Positions 29,691 through 40,559 are shown, numbered from the stretch's first letter. The stretch is DNA of 64,000 nucleotides from Thermoplasmatota archaeon (GCA_029259115.1 JAPDJO010000029.1:60975-124974), one strand, 5' to 3'. The notes: a model not told the origin generated them from the sequence alone. Translations and numbers: made by a program.

Positions 29691-30782
29691 ATGAGTAGCG
29701 AGGTAGCATTGCAAAAACTTAGCGAGATAGCCCTTAAGGTGTATACCGATCTAGAGAATAATGAGATACCAAAGATAACTCTACCAACGAGAGCAAAATC
29801 AAATATAAGATTTGACGAAAAATTGAACGTCTGGAAATATGGAAAAAACAGAACATCAAGAAGCGCGAAAACCCTCGATGGTGCCTATATGTTACTCAGG
29901 ACTATGTATGTTGCTGAATTCATTAAAACAATGATAGAACAGAACAAATCATCTACACTGAGAGAGTTATATTATATATCAGAGGGGTGGGACCTTGCAA
30001 AGTTCAACTCCCAACAGGAATCTGACAATCTTGCAGAAGATCTGGAAACAATAACAGGTTGCTTAAGAGAAGACTTTAGACTAAGACCGGAAGAAGACGG
30101 AGCTAGGATAATTGGTAACATTGTTGTTGAGGAGAAAACAAGAAGTGGAGAAAAAAGGAGGATACACTGTCAAGATGATGTTGGGGATGCAGGATATTCG
30201 ATACCGTATAATGTTGAGAAGGAAAAGATAAGATTTGCTGAGTGTGATGCTGATTTTGTCTTAGCCATAGAGACTGGTGGTATGTTCGACAGATTGGTAG
30301 AGAATGGTTTCGATGAGAGTCATAGAGCGATACTGGTTCACCTTAAAGGACAACCTGCGAGATCTACAAGGAGATTCATAAAGAGGTTAAATGAAGAGCT
30401 CAGGTTACCTGTATTCGTATTTACTGACTGTGACCCGTGGAGCTACAGAATATACGCAAGCGTAGCATATGGAGCTATCAAAACAGCACACATATCTGAG
30501 TACCTAGCAACCCCCTCAGCCCAATTCTTAGGTGTCGCCCCGTCAGATATAGTTAATTACGATCTTCCAACAGATAAATTAACGAATGAGGACATAAAAG
30601 CTCTAAAAAGTGAGCTGACGGATCCGAGATTTAACACAAGATTTTGGAAAGATGAAATCAATCTGCAGCTAAAATTAGGGAAAAAATCTGAGCAACAGGC
30701 TTTGGCCAAGTATGGTCTGGATTACGTAACAGACGTTTACCTTCCCGAAAAGCTAACTGAATTTGGGGTGCTGAAGAAGTAG
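29691..30782 (+). CDS. top6A: DNA topoisomerase VI subunit A
   Basis: TLRELYY (catalytic Tyr), [14 protein letters not shown] motif DCDPW, EQQAL. Confidence 0.97.
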   Translation: MSSEVALQKLSEIALKVYTDLENNEIPKITLPTRAKSNIRFDEKLNVWKYGKNRTSRSAKTLDGAYMLLRTMYVAEFIKTMIEQNKSSTLRELYYISEGWDLAKFNSQQESDNLAEDLETITGCLREDFRLRPEEDGARIIGNIVVEEKTRSGEKRRIHCQDDVGDAGYSIPYNVEKEKIRFAECDADFVLAIETGGMFDRLVENGFDESHRAILVHLKGQPARSTRRFIKRLNEELRLPVFVFTDCDPWSYRIYASVAYGAIKTAHISEYLATPSAQFLGVAPSDIVNYDLPTDKLTNEDIKALKSELTDPRFNTRFWKDEINLQLKLGKKSEQQALAKYGLDYVTDVYLPEKLTEFGVLKK

Positions 30783-31229
30783 TTATTTCCAGATTTGCTG
30801 AGGTCTAATTACCTGACATCTTATATTCACCGCTGTTTTGTCATCAATTTCTATGATTGTCTTAGAGAATACTCCGCCCCTTGCGCCTTCAGGGTATGTA
30901 AAGGTGTACAATCTTTTTCCTTTGTAGAAAACCGGTTTCGGTTTAAGGGCTTCTTCCAGTTTTTTCTTTCTTATCTTAAAATCGAAGTGGAGGAGGATTA
31001 TCAGAATTATGAAAAAGGCAATAATTATGTCTATTATGACACAAAATGTAGAAAAGGAAACTGGTAGAGAATGCACAAAGGTGTAACCTACTTTGAGGTA
31101 ATATGTGGCAAATATAACAGATAAAACGAAGATAACGAGGATGAAAGTGATAACAAGAAGGATCTTTGTAATTAGTTTTCTCTTTGTTTTCATTGCCTCA
31201 ATCTTCTTTTCTACATCTTTCTTATCCAT
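30783..31229 (-). CDS. Hypothetical membrane protein
   Basis: Two TM helices and a soluble C-terminal domain; fills the gap between genes. Confidence 0.7.
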   Translation of the reverse strand: MDKKDVEKKIEAMKTKRKLITKILLVITFILVIFVLSVIFATYYLKVGYTFVHSLPVSFSTFCVIIDIIIAFFIILIILLHFDFKIRKKKLEEALKPKPVFYKGKRLYTFTYPEGARGGVFSKTIIEIDDKTAVNIRCQVIRPQQIWK

Positions 31230-31379
31230 TTCCCTTTATCTGTAAGATTGTTTGATATTAAATGTTTTTCTGTAATTAATATTGTTCAACAATTTATAAA
31301 AAATTTACAACAGAAAAATTTAAAAAGAAAAGATGATTCTCTCTGCTGGAACTATTTAAATCCACAGGGAGGGATCAAG

Positions 31380-31802
31380 ATGGTTTTAGAATACGCAAAC
31401 CAGGATATGGCAAAGGCTGGCCTTAATGCAATAGGCAGGCATCTCCTTGTGGAGATGAAAGGATGCAGTAATCTAAACGATCAAGACATTATCAGAGAGA
31501 TGCTCAAAGATGCTGTTGATGCATGTAATGCTACACTAATTGGTGTTGAGGTTCACAAGTTTAATCCATATGGTGTTAGCGGTATCGCCATAATAGGTGA
31601 ATCTCACCTATCTATACACACATGGCCCGAATTTGGATATGCTGCGATAGATATATTCACCTGTGGTTCAAGAGTGAATCCTTATGATGCTCTTCCTGTT
31701 TTCAAAAAGATCTTGAAACCAAAAGAGGTTTCTGTAGTGGAAATAAGAAGAGGTTTATTGTCTGATTTGGAAAGTAATAAAGTTTCGTGTGAAAGGAGAT
31801 AG
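31380..31802 (+). CDS. speD: S-adenosylmethionine decarboxylase proenzyme
   Basis: GRHLL, cleavage site ESHLSIHTWPE, DIFTCG; start set at the ATG after GGAGG. Confidence 0.9.
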   Translation: MVLEYANQDMAKAGLNAIGRHLLVEMKGCSNLNDQDIIREMLKDAVDACNATLIGVEVHKFNPYGVSGIAIIGESHLSIHTWPEFGYAAIDIFTCGSRVNPYDALPVFKKILKPKEVSVVEIRRGLLSDLESNKVSCERR

Positions 31803-31814
31803 AGGTGTTATTTA

Positions 31815-33080
31815 TTGGCTGTAAAGGCTGTAATAGGCACACAGTGGGGGGATGAGGGTAAAGGTAAGATAGTTGATTTTCTTTCAAAAGACGTAGACTA
31901 CGTTGTTAGATTTCAAGGTGGAAGCAACGCGGGTCACACTATAAAGATAGGAAATCAAACCTTCAAATTTCATCTTTTACCATCTGGGGTTATAAGGGGA
32001 AAGATTGGAGTAATAGCAAATGGTGTAGTGGTTGATCCTGAGGTTTTGATAGGAGAAGTTGAAAAACTCAAGGAAAAAGGGATAGAGCCAAAGTTGATGA
32101 TAAGCGATAGAGCAAACGTGGTCATGCCATATCACAAATTATTGGACGGAGCCGAGGAGACTTATCTTGGGAAGAAAAAGATAGGGACAACAAGGAGAGG
32201 GATAGGACCATGCTACAGTGATAAGGTCGCGAGGAGAGGGATAAGGGTAGGAGACCTCTTAGATAGATCCGTACTCAGAGAGAAACTTGAGATGATAGTT
32301 CCGATAAAGAAGAATCTGTTGAAGATATATGGTATGGAGGAGTCTCGCATAGATGTCGAAGATTTGATTGATAGATATTCCGACTATGGAAACAAAATCA
32401 GGGCATTTGTGAAGGATACAACCTTAGAACTCAACAGAGCCATAAAGGAGGGAAAGGAAATACTCCTAGAGGGTGCACAGGGCGTTATGCTAGATGTTGA
32501 TTTCGGTACTTATCCATTCACGACCTCATCCAACACCATCTCTGGAGGAGCATGTACCGGTTCAGGTATAAGTCCTAAATTGATAAATGAGATAATAGGT
32601 GTAGTTAAGGCATATACCACAAGAGTTGGCAGCGGACCTCTTCCAACAGAGTTGAAAGATGAGATAGGCAAACATCTTCAAGAAAAAGGAGGAGAGTTTG
32701 GTACAACAACCGGGAGAGCTAGAAGATGCGGCTGGCTTGATCTTGTTGTTGTAAAATATGCTTGCATGATATGCGGGATAGATAAGATAGCCATAACAAA
32801 GCTTGATGTTTTAGATGGGTTGAAAAAAGTAAAGATCTGTGTAGGGTATGACTATAATGGAGAAACCATAGAAAACTTTCCATCTGATATAAGAGTCCTT
32901 GAGAATATAAAGCCCATTTATGAAGAGTTTGATGGATGGGAGTCTACAAAGAATGTAAAAAGTTTCGAAGAGCTTCCAAAGAGTGCTAAAGATTACATAA
33001 GGTTCATAGAGGATTTTCTCAATGTTCCCGTAGAGATGATATCCGTAGGAGCGGAGAGAGAGAAAACTATATTTGTTTAG
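31815..33080 (+). CDS. purA: Adenylosuccinate synthetase
   Basis: QWGDEGKGK, GGSNAGHT, EGAQG, GTTTGR.R.GWLD. Confidence 0.97.
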   Translation: MAVKAVIGTQWGDEGKGKIVDFLSKDVDYVVRFQGGSNAGHTIKIGNQTFKFHLLPSGVIRGKIGVIANGVVVDPEVLIGEVEKLKEKGIEPKLMISDRANVVMPYHKLLDGAEETYLGKKKIGTTRRGIGPCYSDKVARRGIRVGDLLDRSVLREKLEMIVPIKKNLLKIYGMEESRIDVEDLIDRYSDYGNKIRAFVKDTTLELNRAIKEGKEILLEGAQGVMLDVDFGTYPFTTSSNTISGGACTGSGISPKLINEIIGVVKAYTTRVGSGPLPTELKDEIGKHLQEKGGEFGTTTGRARRCGWLDLVVVKYACMICGIDKIAITKLDVLDGLKKVKICVGYDYNGETIENFPSDIRVLENIKPIYEEFDGWESTKNVKSFEELPKSAKDYIRFIEDFLNVPVEMISVGAEREKTIFV

Positions 33081-33339
33081 ATTTTGTGAGAATATTTTTT
33101 ATTTCAATAACACTGGTTATCTTTCTACCATCCGGCATTAGCAAAATCGGAGCTGTTCTTTGGAGATCAGAATAAACCTCATAATAGCAAGCCTCTGCAA
33201 GCTGTTCAGGTGTCCAGTCTTTGATATCATGTGGATATGTTTTTATCTCGACTTCAACATCTTCTGGTATTTTCTTCTTCACGTATTCACATCTCTCACA
33301 GTTTTCTAAGCTAAATAGAATTGGCTTTTCCCTCATCAA
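33067..33339 (-). CDS. Glutaredoxin/thioredoxin-fold protein
   Basis: CERC motif and TAP cis-Pro motif. Confidence 0.7.
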   Translation of the reverse strand: MMREKPILFSLENCERCEYVKKKIPEDVEVEIKTYPHDIKDWTPEQLAEACYYEVYSDLQRTAPILLMPDGRKITSVIEIKNILTKSKQI

Positions 33340-33424
33340 AAACTTGTATCAAATCCATTGTTTTAAGTTTTGTTAGACAATTCCAAAGGAAAATCTAATT
33401 AAACATTTATTCGTTAGACAGGTT

Positions 33425-34912
33425 ATGTTCGATTCCCTTAAAATAGTATTAAGGGATCTTGGAGGTTTACTAATAATAGTCGGTTTTCTCACCTTTTTCG
33501 TCTTAATCATTCCATTGATTTTTCATGAATATGAAGCGATCAAGCCCATACTACTAACAGCAATGGTGTACTTTGGCACAGGGGCGCCGCTCTACTTTGG
33601 TCTAAAGAGGTCTGGAGAAACAAACCTTAGATTAGCTATGGCAACAGCAGCATTTGGATGGCTTGTTGTTTCTGTTATAGGGGCTATCCCTTTTCTCTAC
33701 ATGTCTGAATATGGGCTGAATATTGGAATGGATCCCGTATCTGCTATTTTCGAATCAGTGGCAGGATGGACGGGTACAGGTTTAACTATGGTTGTCAATG
33801 AAAGTAGATTGCCTTACACCTTACAATTCTGGAGGACAATAACCCAATGGGTTGGAGGAGTTGGAGTCATAGTTTTAACATTAGCTATACTGGCTAGACC
33901 AGGTACAGGTTCTTTTACCTTGTATAAATCTGAGGGTAGAGAACAGAAAATTCATCCATCCATAATAGCTACCGTTAGATCCATCTGGTGGATATACCTT
34001 TTGTACACTGGCATAGGTATAGCTATTCTCTCCATAATTGAAATACTTACGGAACATGGGATCCCTTACACAGATCTAATATGGAGATCCATAAATCACT
34101 GTATGACTGGGCTATCTACGGGAGGCTTCTCTGTAACCGATGATAGCATCGCATCCTACAACATATATTCACAGATAGTGATTATAATTCTCATGATCTT
34201 CGGTGCAATAGCGTTTGTCTCGCATTATGATCTGTTAAAGGGAAAGGTTAGGAAATTTTTTTCAGATCCTCAAACGAAAGCTCTCTTTTTCCTAATATTC
34301 CTAGGTGTGGTATTACTTGTGGCATTCAACTACCCCTTTAGATCAATCTACAAAGATCTAGAGACCTATATCTTTCAATTTGTCTCTGCAATAACGTGTA
34401 CAGGTTTTTCAACAGCAGACATATCGCAATGGAGTGAATCCTCGAAGTTTATCCTATCCTTTGCCATGATTATAGGAGGGGCTGCAGGTTCTACGGCTGG
34501 AGGAATAAAACTTTTCAGAGCGGTACTTTTAGCTAAAGGTGTAGGATGGAGAATAAAGAAGCTTGTTTCTACACCAAAGAGAGTTTTAGTCTATAAACTG
34601 GGAGAAAAGCCTTTATCGGCACAAGATGCTTTCGAAGAGGTAAACGAAGCTGCGATAATATCATTCCTATGGATGATATTTCTGTTTGTTGGGGTTTTAG
34701 TTGTATCATACTGTATGCCAAACGAATCTCTAGGAGATGTTATCTTTGAAGTCTGCTCAGCACAGGGGAATGTTGGTTTATCTGTAGGGATAACCTCTCC
34801 AAGTATGCCTATAATGGCTAAATTAATGCTTATCTTGAATATGTGGATAGGAAGGCTAGAGATAATACCCGTCGTGGTTATGATAAAGTGTTTGTTCGGT
34901 AGAGCTAAGTAA
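33425..34912 (+). CDS. trkH: Trk potassium uptake membrane protein
   Basis: Four selectivity-filter motifs (TGTG, STGGF, TCTGF, GNVGL); GSTAGGIK; GRLE. Confidence 0.93.
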   Translation: MFDSLKIVLRDLGGLLIIVGFLTFFVLIIPLIFHEYEAIKPILLTAMVYFGTGAPLYFGLKRSGETNLRLAMATAAFGWLVVSVIGAIPFLYMSEYGLNIGMDPVSAIFESVAGWTGTGLTMVVNESRLPYTLQFWRTITQWVGGVGVIVLTLAILARPGTGSFTLYKSEGREQKIHPSIIATVRSIWWIYLLYTGIGIAILSIIEILTEHGIPYTDLIWRSINHCMTGLSTGGFSVTDDSIASYNIYSQIVIIILMIFGAIAFVSHYDLLKGKVRKFFSDPQTKALFFLIFLGVVLLVAFNYPFRSIYKDLETYIFQFVSAITCTGFSTADISQWSESSKFILSFAMIIGGAAGSTAGGIKLFRAVLLAKGVGWRIKKLVSTPKRVLVYKLGEKPLSAQDAFEEVNEAAIISFLWMIFLFVGVLVVSYCMPNESLGDVIFEVCSAQGNVGLSVGITSPSMPIMAKLMLILNMWIGRLEIIPVVVMIKCLFGRAK

Positions 34913-34914
34913 AG

Positions 34915-35793
34915 TTAATTCTCTCTATTCACTTTTGATACAAACTCTTCCACTTCTCTCTTTAATTTATCATAAACTATATTTCCGGTAAAGGCATCTG
35001 CCTTTGCAGCCATTGATATCTTTGATGCTAGGAATCGAGATATCTTTCCTCTATGTTTAGATTTTGCCGATCTTACAATATGATGTCTAAATATTATTCC
35101 ATGTTTTGGTGGTGTGCCTTTTCCATGCTTGTATCTGAACAGAGCTTTCTCGGCTCCAAGTATCTGTATGCTCGAAGCTGGAAGTTTAGCTAATCTCTCT
35201 AAACCTCCTGCAAGTGATATCAGTTCAGCTCCTAAAATGGGACTCAAGAGATTTGACAGATTTGGTGCCACACTCTCCATCTTCTCTTCAAGTTTTGATT
35301 TGATCTCTTCTATAGACTTATCGACCTCTCTTTTAAGTTTCTCGACTATCTCGATTCCATGATGTATAGAGAGATTCTTCCACTCTCTTATCCTCTCAGA
35401 CAAGATATTTGATATCTTGACTAACTCATCTATATTCTTGACCATCTGAATTATCTGAAGATCTTCTCTCCCAAGTTCTTCATCTACTTTTTTTCCAGCA
35501 ATATCAAGAAGGATTTTTCTGAGATCGTTGTAATCAAATCCAAAATCTTCAGGTTGTATCTTCAGGAAAGGAATATTATCTGCATATTCAGATATAGAAG
35601 TTAATCTCCTATCGGATGAGATGACCTTTTTATTTTTAATCAGTCTCTTTTCCTCCTCAAGAATCTCTCCTCTCCATATCTTCTCTATTCTCTCTTTAAG
35701 TGATTCTCTATCTCTTGGAAACAGAACGTAATCCAACAATTTTTCTCCATCATGAAGAAATACACCAAACCATCTTGTTTGTAAATAAAGCAT
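34915..35793 (-). CDS. nop5: Nop5/Nop56-58 box C/D RNP protein
   Basis: APNL, AGGLERLAKLPASSIQILGAEKALF, PKHG, RGKISR. Confidence 0.93.
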   Translation of the reverse strand: MLYLQTRWFGVFLHDGEKLLDYVLFPRDRESLKERIEKIWRGEILEEEKRLIKNKKVISSDRRLTSISEYADNIPFLKIQPEDFGFDYNDLRKILLDIAGKKVDEELGREDLQIIQMVKNIDELVKISNILSERIREWKNLSIHHGIEIVEKLKREVDKSIEEIKSKLEEKMESVAPNLSNLLSPILGAELISLAGGLERLAKLPASSIQILGAEKALFRYKHGKGTPPKHGIIFRHHIVRSAKSKHRGKISRFLASKISMAAKADAFTGNIVYDKLKREVEEFVSKVNREN

Positions 35794-35842
35794 AAGAAAA
35801 CATCAAATCTCTTTATATATAGCATTTTCTATTTCTTTAGAG

Positions 35843-36745
35843 ATGCTTGAAGTCAAGATAGCAAATCTGAAATTGAAGAATCCTACCATTTTGGCATCCG
35901 GAATTATGGGTGAATCTTCGGGATCATTGATAAGAGTAGCTAAATCGGGTGCTGGAGCTCTAGTTACAAAATCTATAGGTTCTGATGCAAGAACAGGATA
36001 TCCAAATCCAACGGTTGTAGAACTCGAATGCGGTATCCTCAATTCCATGGGTCTCCCAAATCCAGGCATAGAAGAGTTTGGCAAAGAGATTGAGGATATC
36101 AAAGGCATAGATATTCCTATCATAGGGAGTATCTTTGGCAGAGATAAAGAAGAATTTTCCATGCTAGCTAAAAGAATGGAGGAATACGGTTTAGATGCGA
36201 TAGAGCTGAATCTAAGTTGCCCGCATGCAAAAGGCTATGGTTTGGAGATAGGCGGCGATCCAGATCTGGTAAAGTCAATAACACGAGAGGTGAAAAGAAA
36301 TGTATCTATCCCTGTCTTCCCGAAAATATCAGCAAATGTGAGAGATGTAGTCGAGATAGGCAAGGCGGTAGAGGAAGGGGGAGCAGACGGTATAGTCGCG
36401 ATAAACTCTGTAAAGGCTATGAAAATAGATCTTTCCACAAAGAAACCTATACTTCACAACAAATTTGGAGGGTATTCTGGTAGAGGTATAAAACCTATTG
36501 GGGTAAGATGTGTTTACGAGCTAGCAAGTGAGCTTAGTATTCCTGTGATTGGAGTTGGAGGTATAGAAACAGGAAAAGATGCTGCTGAGTATATTCTTGC
36601 TGGGGCAACAGCCGTAGAGATAGGTTCTGCTATATTTTACAGAGATGTGGATGTCTTTAGAAAGGTGTGTCAGGAACTGGAAGAGTGGATGAAGGATAAT
36701 GGTTATGAGAGTATAGAAGATTTCAGGGGGTTAGCTCTGCGATGA
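35843..36745 (+). CDS. pyrD: Dihydroorotate dehydrogenase 1B, catalytic subunit
   Basis: ASG, TKS, NSMGLPN, ELNLSCPH, GGYSG. Confidence 0.95.
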   Translation: MLEVKIANLKLKNPTILASGIMGESSGSLIRVAKSGAGALVTKSIGSDARTGYPNPTVVELECGILNSMGLPNPGIEEFGKEIEDIKGIDIPIIGSIFGRDKEEFSMLAKRMEEYGLDAIELNLSCPHAKGYGLEIGGDPDLVKSITREVKRNVSIPVFPKISANVRDVVEIGKAVEEGGADGIVAINSVKAMKIDLSTKKPILHNKFGGYSGRGIKPIGVRCVYELASELSIPVIGVGGIETGKDAAEYILAGATAVEIGSAIFYRDVDVFRKVCQELEEWMKDNGYESIEDFRGLALR

Positions 36746-37533
36746 ACTATCCAGATTTTGTAAGGATAAAAAAAGTGATTTCAGAAAATAAGAGTGTTAA
36801 AAGCATCTTTCTTCCATTTGACAAGGATATAGAGCCTGGGCAGTTCCTGATGATAACAATACCCGGGGTTGATGAGATACCGATGAGTGTTTCTAGAATT
36901 CTAGAAAATGAGATATCTATCACCTTCAAAAGGGTTGGAGATGCAACTAGTGAACTATTCAAAAAATCTGAAGGAGAAATTCTTGGTGTAAGGGGACCTC
37001 TTGGAAGAGGATTCGATATTCAGGGTGAAAGAATATTGTTCGTAGCCGGTGGAACAGGGATAGCACCGATAGCTCCGGCTGTGGAAAAAGCGAAGGAACT
37101 TGGAAAAGATATAACCACAATCCTGGGTGCCAAAACAAAGGATGATCTCTTTTTTGTAGAGAGGTTAAAAAGATGTGGAAACTTGATAATCACAACAGAT
37201 GATGGTAGCGCTGGAAAAAAAGGATTTGCATCTGATGCTGCTGAGGAAATCATGGATAAAGAAGATTTTGATCTTGTCATCACATGTGGACCTGAGATAA
37301 TGATGAAAAAGATCTTAGATATCTGTCTAGATAGATCGATAGATTTTCAGGCTTCAGTGGAAAGATACATAAAGTGTGGACTTGGGTTGTGTGGGCAATG
37401 TTGTATAGGGGAAGGACTAAGGGTTTGTAAGGAAGGACCTGTGTTCAGTGGAGAAATATTAAAGGGATGCAAAGATTTTGGATGTTACTCTAGAGACTCT
37501 GCCGGAAGGAGGGTATATCTGAGAGATGAGTAA
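36742..37533 (+). CDS. pyrK: Dihydroorotate dehydrogenase electron transfer subunit
   Basis: PGQF, GPLGRGF, AGGTGIAP, CGPE, 2Fe-2S motif CGLGLCGQC...C. Confidence 0.93.
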   Translation: MNYPDFVRIKKVISENKSVKSIFLPFDKDIEPGQFLMITIPGVDEIPMSVSRILENEISITFKRVGDATSELFKKSEGEILGVRGPLGRGFDIQGERILFVAGGTGIAPIAPAVEKAKELGKDITTILGAKTKDDLFFVERLKRCGNLIITTDDGSAGKKGFASDAAEEIMDKEDFDLVITCGPEIMMKKILDICLDRSIDFQASVERYIKCGLGLCGQCCIGEGLRVCKEGPVFSGEILKGCKDFGCYSRDSAGRRVYLRDE

Positions 37534-38557
37534 GAAATTGAGATTACTAGCGATTTTGTCTATACTCTTTCTCGCTCTGTTCAGCGGATGCATCTCGAAT
37601 GTCAAAAACGAATGGGCTTTAAGTGTTGTTCAAATAGACAAGTTACACGATCTCGGGTTTACCGGAAAAAACGTCAGAATAGGTCTGATAGATACTGGTT
37701 TAGATCTCAGAAAAGGAAACTTTGATGAGAGTAAATTTATAGCTTGGAAAGACTTGATAAATGGAAGAAAAGATTTTTATGACGACAGTGGTCATGGGAC
37801 GTTTATAGCCGGACTTCTTTTCTCGAGAGCTGATCTATTTGGAGGAATGAGGGGAATATGCCCAGATTCTGAAGTTATAGTTGTTAAAGCTGTATCTGAA
37901 ACAGGTGAATCGAACGATAGCCTTATAGCAGAAGCTATAGAGTTCTGTATACAATATGGAGCAGACATAATCCTCCTCTCTCTCTACAAGAATCAGGAGG
38001 GCATAGAGATCGGAGGAAAAAGCATAGAGGAATGTAGAGAAGCTGTAAAAAAAGGTATAATCGTGATAGCCCCAGCTGGTGATGATGGGCTTAATGATGA
38101 TGGAGATGTTTTTGATTTATCTGGCATAGATGAGGTTATCTCAGTTGGATCGGTAGGCAGAGATCTATATATCTCTCCTTTTAGCTCCAGAGGGAATCAA
38201 GCTGAGGTTCTAGGAAAACATAGTGAGAGATTAGATCCAAATAAGAAGCCCGAACTTGTTGCGCCTGGCGAGGATATCGAATCAATATATGGAGAAGGAT
38301 TTGCTCAGAGAAGTGAAACATCCATATCAGCTTCTTTCGTAGCTGGATCTATTGCTCTTCTCCTAGAGGCTTACCCTCATCTCAAAGACCAAGGAGAAAG
38401 TGGTGTAGCAATACTAAAAAATGTTCTTGCTGTAACCGCAAAAAAGATCGGTGATGAGAGTCTTTATAGCGGAGAGGATTTAAAACACAATGATAGATAT
38501 GGATATGGACTTATTCAAATTTATGATGCTTACAAGAGATTGGGGGAGATGATATGA
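37526..38557 (+). CDS. S8 subtilisin-like lipoprotein with a divergent active site
   Basis: Lipobox FSGC; IDTG, GHGT, FSSRG, KPELVAPG, ETSISASFVAG, YGYG. Confidence 0.85.
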   Translation: MSKKLRLLAILSILFLALFSGCISNVKNEWALSVVQIDKLHDLGFTGKNVRIGLIDTGLDLRKGNFDESKFIAWKDLINGRKDFYDDSGHGTFIAGLLFSRADLFGGMRGICPDSEVIVVKAVSETGESNDSLIAEAIEFCIQYGADIILLSLYKNQEGIEIGGKSIEECREAVKKGIIVIAPAGDDGLNDDGDVFDLSGIDEVISVGSVGRDLYISPFSSRGNQAEVLGKHSERLDPNKKPELVAPGEDIESIYGEGFAQRSETSISASFVAGSIALLLEAYPHLKDQGESGVAILKNVLAVTAKKIGDESLYSGEDLKHNDRYGYGLIQIYDAYKRLGEMI

Positions 38558-38973
38558 AAGTATATCAAGGAGAAATAGAGCTGGAGACTAAGGGAGAGAA
38601 TGATATGATAGATCTAACGGATGAGGTTCAAAGAGTGGTAAAAGAATCTGGGATAAAGGAAGGTATTGCTTGCATATTCGTTCCTGGGTCCACCGGAGCT
38701 ATAACCACAATAGAATATGAGCCTGGTTTGATGAAAGATATGCCAAGGGCTCTAGAAAGAATAGCACCTAAAAATGAATACTATCATCATCACGAAACTT
38801 GGCATGACTACAACGGGCATAGTCACGTCAGGGCTAGCATAATAGGACCAAGCTTGACGGTTCCAATAACCGATGGTAAAATAGTGCACGGAACTTGGCA
38901 GCAGATCGTGTTTATAGAGATGGATGTTAGAAGTCGTCACAGAAGGATTTTAGTAAAAGTGTTGGGTGAGTAG
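38554..38973 (+). CDS. yjbQ: YjbQ/UPF0047 family protein
   Basis: GSTGAIT..E.EP, NGHSH, GTWQQI. Confidence 0.9.
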   Translation: MKVYQGEIELETKGENDMIDLTDEVQRVVKESGIKEGIACIFVPGSTGAITTIEYEPGLMKDMPRALERIAPKNEYYHHHETWHDYNGHSHVRASIIGPSLTVPITDGKIVHGTWQQIVFIEMDVRSRHRRILVKVLGE

Positions 38974-39481
38974 TATGGATGTGTTTGATGCCATAAGGAA
39001 GAGAAGAAGTGTGAGATCATATCAAGATAGACCTGTAGAAAAAGAGAAGCTAGAAAAAGTTCTGGAAGCAGCAAGGCTAGCACCTTCGGCAAAGAATCGC
39101 CAGGAGTGGAGATTCATAGTTGTTACAGATGAAGAGAAAATAAAGATGCTTGTAGATGCTTGCAAGGGACAAAGATTCGTTGGAGAAGCTCCTGTGGTTA
39201 TCGTTGGTCTAGCAGATCCCTCTGTTAGCAGATGGTACAAGGTTGATATCGGAATAGCAATGGAGCATATGGCTCTCGAAGCTGTAGAACTTGGTCTGGG
39301 AACTTGCTGGATAGGAGCATTTTATCCAGAAAAAGTGAAAGAAATTTTAGATATTCCTGATGAAAAAGAGGTGGTTGCCCTTCTTACGTTAGGCTATCCG
39401 AAGGACGAGGGTAAACTTATTACATCTAGAAAAGGTCTAAACGAGATTGTTTGTTACAATAGATACTGTTTTCAGGATTGA
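38966..39481 (+). CDS. Nitroreductase family protein
   Basis: RRSVRSY, APSAKNRQEW, GLGTCWIG. Confidence 0.92.
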   Translation: MSSMDVFDAIRKRRSVRSYQDRPVEKEKLEKVLEAARLAPSAKNRQEWRFIVVTDEEKIKMLVDACKGQRFVGEAPVVIVGLADPSVSRWYKVDIGIAMEHMALEAVELGLGTCWIGAFYPEKVKEILDIPDEKEVVALLTLGYPKDEGKLITSRKGLNEIVCYNRYCFQD

Positions 39482-40308
39482 AGGAACTCTATGTAACTAT
39501 TTCCATAATTTATGTTGAAACTACAGAGAGGTATTCCTCTGACTTTTATCTCAAATCCCGAGATAGATACCTCTCTCTTTATCATTCCATTCAGCTCTAT
39601 TTCCCCAGTATCTAAAATATTTAATGTATTTTTGGCTAGGAGGATCTTTCCTCCTTCCTCACATAAAGCAAAGAGTTTTATCTCTCTGATACCAAAAGAG
39701 ATTCTTTTACCTGTATCGATGTGAAGTTTGACTTTGCACGGAGGGACTTTTATAGCTTCTGGTAGCTCATAGATCATGCTTATCTCCTTGGAAAGGGGGA
39801 GTCTTAATCTATCTTTTCCATATTTTGGTCTCAGCGAAATTTCTTCTCCTGACAGATAGAGTTTGTTTGGAAGGACTTTTATCAAGGCATCTTTCATCGC
39901 GGTATTTCCTGAATCATCAGTAACGCTCAGGGATAGATAGATAATAGGAAAACTTCCTTCATCAAGAGATTCTATCTCCTCATTTATCCTATAATTCAAC
40001 TCTCTGCCGTAGAAGGTTTCTTTCCCTATCTGCCATACAAAATCTACGACTCTCCCATCTCTATCATAGCTCTCAGATGCATCTAGATGGATGGTTTGAT
40101 CGTTGAAAACCTCTATAATATCTCCTTCTACACCTTTTATAACTGGCTGAGGCGGATCTCCTTTTGTGTAGGTTTCAAGTATAGTTATACCGGTTGCAAG
40201 TGGTGGTTGGGTAAGAGAGAAAAACATTACAGAGTACGAGAAAATTACCATAAAGATGGATAACGATAACAGGATCTTCAATTTCTTACTCGTGAATTTG
40301 TCTTCCAT
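39472..40308 (-). CDS. Membrane-anchored PKD-domain protein
   Basis: N-terminal TM helix; LDASESYDRDG...W, L.VTDDSG. Confidence 0.75.
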   Translation of the reverse strand: MEDKFTSKKLKILLSLSIFMVIFSYSVMFFSLTQPPLATGITILETYTKGDPPQPVIKGVEGDIIEVFNDQTIHLDASESYDRDGRVVDFVWQIGKETFYGRELNYRINEEIESLDEGSFPIIYLSLSVTDDSGNTAMKDALIKVLPNKLYLSGEEISLRPKYGKDRLRLPLSKEISMIYELPEAIKVPPCKVKLHIDTGKRISFGIREIKLFALCEEGGKILLAKNTLNILDTGEIELNGMIKREVSISGFEIKVRGIPLCSFNINYGNSYIEFLQS

Positions 40309-40370
40309 CCTCTTTAGAAGAAGATTCCAAATTTATAATATTTTCTAAAAAATAAAAGAGTTGGGAGGTT

Positions 40371-40559
40371 TTATCTCTTCTTTCTCAGGTATGGAAGTCC
40401 CGTTCTGTTGTTTACACCTACCTCGTAACCATCTGGCAAGTCACAGGGCTCTCCACTCTTTGGTGTCCTTCTGCTGAAGAAGTAAATGGTCTGCCACTTA
40501 CCTCCCTTAAGTTTTACATCCCTCTTATATAAGGTCCACTCACCGTGCTTGTATACCAT
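40371..40559 (-). CDS. Small basic conserved-type hypothetical protein
   Basis: 62 aa; SD GGGGTGA; motifs QTIYFFS and TGLPYL. Confidence 0.75.
   Translation of the reverse strand: MVYKHGEWTLYKRDVKLKGGKWQTIYFFSRRTPKSGEPCDLPDGYEVGVNNRTGLPYLRKKR

Noticed and set aside
31248-31379. Upstream extensions in the ORF track (speD; likewise gap 3228, top6A 29664, tuf 49800)
   Set aside because: They overlap AT-rich promoter DNA or upstream genes; SD-supported or homology-consistent starts lie downstream.
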